A stretch of 64,000 bases of DNA, taken from positions 4,096,001-4,160,000 of the forward strand of contig OZ242260.1 of assembly GCA_965207065.1 (NCBI GenBank), given 5' to 3'. Numbering within the stretch: position 1 is the first letter of the stretch; each line of letters starts with the position of its first letter. The DNA is from a bacterium (GTDB lineage: Bacteria > UBA8248). A program made the translations under genes and the position numbers. Below the pieces are notes generated by a model. The model did no database searches. It was not told the DNA's origin and saw only the letters and a list, made by a program, of their open reading frames with translations. Positions 57,328-64,000 of this stretch are shown piece by piece.

Positions 57328-57725
57328 GCCTCAGCACCCGGGATCATCACCACCGCCTCGATTTCCACTATGTCGTCCTGATTCAACCGGCTCACTTCGA
57401 CAATGGTGCGCGTGGGCAGGTTCGGCCCGAAGTATTCCTCATACAGCCGGTTGATGGCCGGGCGGTGGGCATCCATATCCTTCACGTAGACGACAGTGGA
57501 TACGAAGGTAGCCAGCGACCCGCCCGCCGCCTCCGCAATGGCTTTCAGGTTCTCGAAAGTTCTTCTGGCGCGCGCCTCAATGGTCTTCTCGACGAGTTCC
57601 CCGGAATCGGGGTCGATGCCGCGCTGGCCGGCGATGAACAACAGGTTCCCCACGCGGCGCGCCTGAACGAAGGGTCCGGTGGGGGATGGGGCCTGGTCTG
57701 TCTGGATGGTTTGAGGCGACTCCAA
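57324..57725 (-). CDS. RidA/YjgF family protein
   Basis: GPFVQA, FIAGQ, LPTRTIVEV, VEIEAV. Confidence 0.88.
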   Translation of the reverse strand: MESPQTIQTDQAPSPTGPFVQARRVGNLLFIAGQRGIDPDSGELVEKTIEARARRTFENLKAIAEAAGGSLATFVSTVVYVKDMDAHRPAINRLYEEYFGPNLPTRTIVEVSRLNQDDIVEIEAVVMIPGAEA

Positions 57726-57790
57726 GGCGTCCCCCCGGTTGGCAAGCAGGGAAAAGGCTGCCCGATTGGCTTTCCTGCCGTTCGTCGTCG

Positions 57791-58015
57791 CTATTTTTTC
57801 TTGCCTTTCGGCAATTCCGCCGGAAAAGCGATTTTGAGCCATTGCTGCGTCAGTATGGTCGCGGCGTTCTCATCTTTGCCGGGAATGAACGCGATGGGTT
57901 CCTTGGGCTGAGCGCCATCCTGCTCGAGCATATAAACGTCGACGCCAAACCCATACAGATCATGCTCCCGGGTTTCGAGGTTGTATTTCACCCCATTATT
58001 CGTCAATTGATTCAT
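57791..58015 (-). CDS. Hypothetical protein
   Basis: AAGGA RBS; protein-like composition. Confidence 0.55.
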   Translation of the reverse strand: MNQLTNNGVKYNLETREHDLYGFGVDVYMLEQDGAQPKEPIAFIPGKDENAATILTQQWLKIAFPAELPKGKKK

Positions 58016-58174
58016 CTGGGACTATCCTTTCAAGTTCGCTGGCGAAAACTCGACGATGATGATTTCGACTTTCGCTATCATAGCCGATGGCTTGAACCCC
58101 CGTAAAGTTTGGAGGCGGGCTAGAACACACCCGTTCTTGACCCTATTGGGGGCCTATGATAAACGCAAGACCCT

Positions 58175-58249
58175 GGGCCGTTAGCTCAGTGGCAGAGCGC
58201 TGCCTTCACACGGCAGAAGTCACTGGTTCAAATCCAGTACGGCCCACCA
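58175..58249 (+). tRNA. tRNA-Val (anticodon CAC)
   Basis: GGGCCGT/ACGGCCC acceptor stem, CTGCC-TTCACAC-GGCAG anticodon arm, GGTTCAAATCC T arm, encoded CCA. Confidence 0.97.
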
Positions 58250-58288
58250 GCCAAAATCCTTAAGATGCTCGAAGATACCCTGCGGCTC

Positions 58289-59341
58289 CTAGACGTCGAT
58301 ACCTTCCAGAAGTTCTGTCATCTGTATCTTTCTTCCCGCTTCCGCCGAACGACACGAACCCTCCACCAGCGCGAGGGCATGGACGGCCTCCCGGGGGCCG
58401 GTTTCAGGCGCTGCGCCCGTGCGCGCGCAATCGGCGAATTCCTCCACCTCGTCGATTATCATGTCCGCCATTTCGGGAACGGGCACATCCGTCCAGCCGG
58501 CCTCGCCCGCTTTTTGGATCGCCAGAGTCGTCTCATCATTCGTCCGGTGCGCCAGGGTGATGTTTTCCCGGACCATCTCGAGAGAGACCACCGCCTGGGT
58601 GCCATGCAGCTTGAGGGTAAAGACGCCCGGCGTCACGAAACTTGTCATCAGGGTCGAGACAGGACCGCCTTCGTGCTCGGTGATCGTCATCGTCACGTCG
58701 TCTATCTCAGCAGGCGTGGCCAGCTTTTTGTGAATCCCCGTCACGCATACGGGATCGCCCAGGAGGTAGTTCAGCGTGTCGCAGTGGTGAATCCCCATCT
58801 GCATGAGGGGGCCGCCCGGGCATTCATCCCGGAAATAACGCCATCTGTCGGTGGTGAAAAACTGGCCCATGTGATTTGAGAACACCGCCTCCGCCCAAAG
58901 CGGCCTGCCGATGGTTCCATCTTCTATCAGCGCTCGGATTTTCCTATTCCCCGCCGCGCGGCGATAGCAATGCCCCACCGCCAGGGTCTTGCTGGACGCT
59001 CTCCAGGCTTTGAGCACCCCAGGCGTTTCGGCCAGGATGTTGGTTATCGGTTTCTCCACCCAGACGTGCTTGCCCACTTCGAGCGCGGCTATGATCTGGG
59101 CCGCATGCACCTTGTTCGGCGTGGTGAGCAGGACTCCCTCCACGTCGGGATTCTCCAGTATCGCCTCATAGCTGGGCGCCGCCTCACATCCGTGTTCTCC
59201 CGCGAATGAGGCGCGCTTCTCTTCGTTGCGTGTGTAGCAGGCGACCAGGTCTATCTTCTCGCTTCTGCGGAGGGCATCGCCAATCGGCGTCGCCCACCAT
59301 CCGAGGCCCACGAGGGCCGTTCTGAAATTTTCGTGAGACAT
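58289..59341 (-). CDS. Gfo/Idh/MocA family oxidoreductase
   Basis: VGLGWW, VEKPI, GIHHCD. Confidence 0.92.
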   Translation of the reverse strand: MSHENFRTALVGLGWWATPIGDALRRSEKIDLVACYTRNEEKRASFAGEHGCEAAPSYEAILENPDVEGVLLTTPNKVHAAQIIAALEVGKHVWVEKPITNILAETPGVLKAWRASSKTLAVGHCYRRAAGNRKIRALIEDGTIGRPLWAEAVFSNHMGQFFTTDRWRYFRDECPGGPLMQMGIHHCDTLNYLLGDPVCVTGIHKKLATPAEIDDVTMTITEHEGGPVSTLMTSFVTPGVFTLKLHGTQAVVSLEMVRENITLAHRTNDETTLAIQKAGEAGWTDVPVPEMADMIIDEVEEFADCARTGAAPETGPREAVHALALVEGSCRSAEAGRKIQMTELLEGIDV

Positions 59342-59404
59342 TTTAACTCCCCGTTCTGAAATATCTGATTCCTGAGAATTTGGCTCCTTTGAGGATGAAT
59401 TTCC

Positions 59405-61978
59405 TCACATCAAACTCATCGGGTCTACGTCCACCGCCAGGCGAACGGAGGAAAAGGCCGCTTGCCCGTCAAATTCCGCTGTCAGCGAAGTGACCGCTTC
59501 GCCCAGGCGCTTCGACCCTTTGGCCTTCAAGATCATGTGATACCGCCATAGACCGCGAATCCTCACGAGAGGCGCCGGCGCGGGACCCAGATATTCGACC
59601 CCTCCAGGGCCGGCGGCGCGCCCGGCGGCGGCAACGCCATGTTTGCGTAAATATGAGGCCACCCATTCACCGGCTTTCGCCGCCAAGTGCTTGTCCTTGG
59701 ACTCGAAACGAAGTCTGGCCAGACGTCGATACGGCGGATAGCCCATCCGCTCTCTCGCCGAGGCTTCTCTCTTATAAAAACCGGCGTAATCATGCGTCCG
59801 CGCGCACTGTACAGCGAAATGGTCCGGCCTGAACGTCTGGATGATGACTTCACCGGGCAAATCGGCGCGGCCCGCCCGGCCGGCCACCTGCGTCAATAGC
59901 TGAAAAGTGCGCTCGCTCGCCCTGAAATCGGGCAGATGAAGCCCGACGTCGGCCACCACGACGCCCACGAGCGTCAGTTTCGGGAAATCATGGCCCTTCG
60001 CCACCATTTGCGTCCCGATGAGGATGTCTATCTCCCCGCTGCGCATGGCCCCGAATATGCTCTCATATGCGCCTGCCCGGCGGGCCGTGTCGCGGTCCAG
60101 ACGCTGGACGCGCGCCTCCGGGAATCGTGCCTTTACTGCCTGCTCGACGCGCTCGGTTCCCACGCCGAAATATCCCACGCGGTCACTGCGGCAGGAAGAG
60201 CATCTGCTCGGCGGATGGGCGCTGTAATCGCACCAGTGGCACTGCACCCTGCCCCCGCCTTCGCGGTGAAACGTCAGCGGGATGGAGCAGTGAGGACATT
60301 GGAGCGCCTCCCCGCAATCGCGGCACAGGATCACCGAAGAGAACCCGCGCCGGTTCAGGAACAACAGCGTCTGCTCGCCTCGCTCCAGACGATCGCCGAT
60401 GGCCGCCGCCAAATCGCGCGTGAGAAGCTCGGGCGTTTTGGGGTCGGAACCGGCCTCTTTTCTCAAATCCACCAGGCGCACCTGCGGCAAGGCTCCCCCC
60501 GTGGGTCGATGCGACAACGAGCGCAGGCGGTAGCGGCCGCTTCTGGCGCTCGTATAGCTTTCAATCGACGGCGTCGCCGAACCCAGCACGACCGGAACCC
60601 CCAGATTCCTGGCGCGCACGATGCCCGTATCCCGCGCATTGTAGCGAGGGGACTCCTCCTGCTTGTAGGAGCTGTCGTGCTCCTCATCCACCGCTATCAT
60701 CCCGAGATTCGCAACCGGGGCGAAGACGGCAGATCTCGTGCCCACGACGATGGGCGCATCCCCGTTCTTGATGCGCCGCCATTCCGATATGCGCTTTTTG
60801 TCAGTATAAGCACTGTGCAGACAGGCCACCGATTGCCCGAACCGCTCCTGGAAACGCGCCAATAGCTGGGGAGTCAAGCCGATTTCCGGCACCAGAATCA
60901 ACGCGCCCAACCCATTTTCCAAGGCTTTTTGCGCAAGCTGGATGTAGACTTCCGTCTTTCCGCTTCCCGTGACGCCGTGAAGAAGCGTGACCGAAAAATT
61001 CTTTTGCTCAATGTCGGTTTTCACAAGTTCAAACGATTCTTTCTGCTCATCGGTCAGGTCCATAGAGGGCGCATTGGGCCTTGGACTCGACTCTTTCAAA
61101 TCCTCAACATCAGGGAGGAGGTCTTCTACTACTTCGACCCATCCTTTTTTCTCCAAAGCCGCGCAAGCGGCGCGCGCGCCTTTCGAGAGGCTTTCCAGTT
61201 CCCCAAGCCGCACCCGCCCATCATCCGCCTGGTCCAACAGGCGCAGGATTTCCGCCTGCCGCTTCGCGCGTTTTTCCAAATCCTGAAACTCATCCTCTTC
61301 CGGCATCCTTCGAAGGCGCGCATACTTGACCATCCGCTGTTTAGAACCACCCACCTCGTCGACGATTTTCTCCACGAAGCCCGCATCGACAAGGCGCATG
61401 AGTTCCGGGCGCGTTCCGCGCCCGAACGACGCTGCAAGAGAATGAAGGGTCCGAGGAGCTTTGCGAAGCGCGACCAGGATGCGCGCCTTGTGGCTTCCCT
61501 TACCCTCCGAGGGTTTGAGGCCGGGGAGACCCAGTCCTCCTTCTTCGAACGCAGCCTCCAGCCTGCCCGCCTCACTCAGGCGGTAACGCTCTACGGTTTT
61601 CTTCTCCCTATGGGACGGCAGCGCGAATTTGAGCGCCTCCCCCCAGCCGCAGCAATAATATTCCGCCACCCATCTGGTGAGTTCCAGAAGCTCCGGCGTG
61701 AGCAGCGGCTCGTCATCAATTATCTCCAGAACGGACTTTATGGAACTGGGCTCAACTCCGGGTGGCGGGCTTTCGCCCGGCGGACGGATGACATATCCCG
61801 TCACCTTCCGCCTGCCCAGCGGCACCAGCACGCGCAGCCCGGGCGCGAGGCATCCCACGAATTCAGCTTCCACCCGGTAGGTGAGCGGCTTTAGCTGGGG
61901 GACGCTGAGCGCAACCTCTACATACCGGCTCCCCGGTTCATGCGCTTTCACGGCCTCTTTTTTGATGACGTATTTCAC
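59405..61978 (-). CDS. priA: Primosomal protein N'
   Basis: GVTGSGKT, DEEH, SATP, four CxxC, QVAGRAGR; GTG start overlapping the upstream stop (start uncertain). Confidence 0.96.
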   Translation of the reverse strand: MKYVIKKEAVKAHEPGSRYVEVALSVPQLKPLTYRVEAEFVGCLAPGLRVLVPLGRRKVTGYVIRPPGESPPPGVEPSSIKSVLEIIDDEPLLTPELLELTRWVAEYYCCGWGEALKFALPSHREKKTVERYRLSEAGRLEAAFEEGGLGLPGLKPSEGKGSHKARILVALRKAPRTLHSLAASFGRGTRPELMRLVDAGFVEKIVDEVGGSKQRMVKYARLRRMPEEDEFQDLEKRAKRQAEILRLLDQADDGRVRLGELESLSKGARAACAALEKKGWVEVVEDLLPDVEDLKESSPRPNAPSMDLTDEQKESFELVKTDIEQKNFSVTLLHGVTGSGKTEVYIQLAQKALENGLGALILVPEIGLTPQLLARFQERFGQSVACLHSAYTDKKRISEWRRIKNGDAPIVVGTRSAVFAPVANLGMIAVDEEHDSSYKQEESPRYNARDTGIVRARNLGVPVVLGSATPSIESYTSARSGRYRLRSLSHRPTGGALPQVRLVDLRKEAGSDPKTPELLTRDLAAAIGDRLERGEQTLLFLNRRGFSSVILCRDCGEALQCPHCSIPLTFHREGGGRVQCHWCDYSAHPPSRCSSCRSDRVGYFGVGTERVEQAVKARFPEARVQRLDRDTARRAGAYESIFGAMRSGEIDILIGTQMVAKGHDFPKLTLVGVVVADVGLHLPDFRASERTFQLLTQVAGRAGRADLPGEVIIQTFRPDHFAVQCARTHDYAGFYKREASARERMGYPPYRRLARLRFESKDKHLAAKAGEWVASYLRKHGVAAAGRAAGPGGVEYLGPAPAPLVRIRGLWRYHMILKAKGSKRLGEAVTSLTAEFDGQAAFSSVRLAVDVDPMSLM

Positions 61979-62943
61979 GGACGAGGCGTCCCGCCGCTGA
62001 GAATGATATCGAGGTGCTCGCTGGTGAGATTGCGCCCGCTCATAATTGCGGCGACCCGCTTGCCCTTCAGGTCCATTTTCATGGCGGCAGCCGTCGGGGC
62101 GGCGCCTGCGCCCTCGGCGATGACGTGTACTTCGGATACGAGCAGGCGGATGGCGTCGCACATCTCCTCCTCGCTTACGGTCACGATTTCATCCACGTAT
62201 CGTTTGATCATCGAAAATGTCAGATCGAAAGGCACCCGCGTAGCGAGCCCGTCAGCGAAGGTGTCCGCTGAGGGTTGGGGCAGCAATTCCCCTGCGTAGA
62301 AGCTCTTGTAGAAGGCGGGGGCGTTTTCCGCCTGGACCCCCACCACGTGGACCTTGGGGTTGACCTGTTTGGCGACGAGGCCTGCGCCGCAAACCCCGCT
62401 CCCCCCGCCCAGGGGGACGATGATCACCTCGATATCCGGATCAGATTCCATGATCTCGAGCGTCTGTGTCGCCACGCCCGCGATGAGACGCGGCTCGTTG
62501 GCCGAATGAACGTAGCGCATGCCTCGCTCTTCGCATTGCTCCTCGCACCACACCCTGGCGTCGTCGAAATCCTCCCCCACGAACGCGACTTCCGCCCCCA
62601 GCCTCTCGATGGCCGAGATTTTATCCGCATTCGCTCCGTTCGGGGCTGCAATCAGCGCATTGACCCCGAAAATCCGCGCGGCATAGGCGATGGACTGCCC
62701 GTGATTGCCGGTCGAGGCCGTGATGAGGCCCGCTTGCTTCTCCTCCGGCCCGAGCCTGGAGACGAGATTCACGCCACCGCGCACCTTGAACGCGCCGATG
62801 GGCTGCATGGACTCGAATTTCAGGAAATACCGGCACCCGATGCGTTCCGAGAGCACAGGCACCTCGTGAAAAGGCGTAGGCTGCAAGTAGGCGGCGATGC
62901 GTTTTTGCGCCTCCAGAACATCGTCAAACGTGGGCTCGCGCAT
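61975..62943 (-). CDS. PLP-dependent threonine/serine dehydratase-family enzyme
   Basis: GAFKVRG, STGNHG, PLGGGS, SGRN. Confidence 0.92.
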   Translation of the reverse strand: MREPTFDDVLEAQKRIAAYLQPTPFHEVPVLSERIGCRYFLKFESMQPIGAFKVRGGVNLVSRLGPEEKQAGLITASTGNHGQSIAYAARIFGVNALIAAPNGANADKISAIERLGAEVAFVGEDFDDARVWCEEQCEERGMRYVHSANEPRLIAGVATQTLEIMESDPDIEVIIVPLGGGSGVCGAGLVAKQVNPKVHVVGVQAENAPAFYKSFYAGELLPQPSADTFADGLATRVPFDLTFSMIKRYVDEIVTVSEEEMCDAIRLLVSEVHVIAEGAGAAPTAAAMKMDLKGKRVAAIMSGRNLTSEHLDIILSGGTPRP

Positions 62944-63190
62944 GGTTCCTCCACAGGTGGGCGTTTCACATCCTCTTATATCAAAATATCCGTCCCGGAG
63001 AGTCCCCGAAAGGCAAGAAGTCCATTGTTTGCGCTATCCGTCTGAAAACCTGCGCATTACCCCCTCATCGCGAGGCGAAGGTGATGACGGCGTCCGGGCC
63101 TGTCTCGTCCAAAGACGCAGATGTTGACCCCTTTCTTTGCGCAACTTAGAATGCCCTCGACCATAAAACTTTACACCGCCGTGGAGGGTC

Positions 63191-63523
63191 ATGATGAAAA
63201 GCGCCCTGGAAATTGCGATGGAGAAAACTTCCGCCATCGGCGAGCAAGCGCGCCAGGAACTGGAAAAACTCACTCCTGAGCAAAGGGACAAGATTGAGGA
63301 AATCAAAAAGGTATACGAGGGAAAAATCGCCGAAAAAGACGTCCTTCACCAGCAGGAATTGATGAAAATGACCGGCGGCGCTCCCATCGAAGCCATTGAA
63401 GCGCAACTGGAACCCGAGGCCAGAGAGGCGCTGGGCGCATTCCGCCAGAAATTCAGAAGCGAGCGTGAGGCGCTCGAAGCGGAACGCGACGATAAGATAG
63501 AAGCCATCAGAAAGGAAAGTTAA
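63191..63523 (+). CDS. Hypothetical helical protein
   Basis: GGAGG RBS; MKSALEIAMEK start; charged helices. Confidence 0.75.
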   Translation: MMKSALEIAMEKTSAIGEQARQELEKLTPEQRDKIEEIKKVYEGKIAEKDVLHQQELMKMTGGAPIEAIEAQLEPEAREALGAFRQKFRSEREALEAERDDKIEAIRKES

Positions 63524-63529
63524 CCGCAC

Positions 63530-64000
63530 ATGAGCCGCGTTGCGATAGTCCGTTGTGAAGACTACGACAAAGAGCGCGTGAGCGATGCCGTCGCCCAAGC
63601 CCTGGAAGCCCTTGGCGGCGCCGCGCAATTCGCCACTGAAACCGATGGGCTACTGCTCAAACCCAACATCTTGAAAGGCGCACCGCCTGAGAGCGCGCTG
63701 ACGACCCATCCTGAAATACTCCGGGCGGTGGCGGAGCAGTTTCAGAATATGGATGCGCCGCCACGGATAATATCCATGGGCGACAGCCCCGCCTGGGGGA
63801 GCCTCGCCGCTTGCGCCGAGCAAACCGGTCTGTCGAGTGTATGCGAGGAACTCGGACTCCCCCTCGTCACCTTCCGAAAAGGGGTGAAGGTTCCCAATCC
63901 CGATGGGGTCGTTTACACGCATCTCACCATGGCGAAAGAGGCCATGGACGCGGACGGAATCATCAACCTGCCGAAGCTGAAGACCCATTGCCAGCTTTAC
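63530..64000 (+). CDS. DUF362 family protein (runs off the window end)
   Basis: MSRVAIVRCEDYD...LLKPNIL...TTHPE...IINLPKLKTH. Confidence 0.85.
   Translation, partial: MSRVAIVRCEDYDKERVSDAVAQALEALGGAAQFATETDGLLLKPNILKGAPPESALTTHPEILRAVAEQFQNMDAPPRIISMGDSPAWGSLAACAEQTGLSSVCEELGLPLVTFRKGVKVPNPDGVVYTHLTMAKEAMDADGIINLPKLKTHCQLY

Noticed and set aside
58016-58082. Short upstream ATG...TAG in frame with the 57791-58015 ORF (possible pyrrolysine read-through)
   Set aside because: The downstream ATG has its own RBS and nothing else supports read-through
58175-58249. tRNA-Val as an island attachment site
   Set aside because: No duplicate of its 3' end or integrase seen in the window
63040-63130. Potential hairpin-rich ncRNA in the divergent intergenic region
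   Set aside because: Only short imperfect stems; no family motif recognised

Overview
Bacterial chromosomal window, mostly GC-rich, with a visibly less GC-skewed central block (~27.5-54 kb). The lineage cannot be fixed from sequence alone. Left end (1-4.6 kb): a decayed, phage-flavoured accessory region with a ~400-bp direct duplication and two eroded copies of the 3' end of def, which looks like an old integration hotspot. Metabolic genes include an atypical Sdh/Frd-like plus two-subunit Fe-S hydro-lyase plus 2-hydroxyacid dehydrogenase operon, an M16 peptidase pair, type-2 LeuCD, a siroheme/sulfite-reductase operon, three tandem acetamidase/formamidases, ilvD, a Nudix-HpnC-HpnD fusion with hpnE, metX-NIL, priA and tRNA-Val(CAC). 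Defence and TA items are HicBA, Mrr, an MmeI-like remnant and an orphan antitoxin. Main hidden signals: (i) three genes that the ORF track breaks at an in-frame TGA sitting at the catalytic Cys position and followed by SECIS-like hairpins (two DsbA/FrnE-like proteins and a DUF442/PTP-fold sulfurtransferase-like protein), i.e. probable selenoproteins; (ii) two related AT-rich elements packed with TCGATAAATT decamers, in inverted orientation about 29 kb apart; (iii) nested MITE/REP repeats with GGGGTTGTTGAAAAAG-type ends. All family assignments come from motif recognition by eye; no database search was run.
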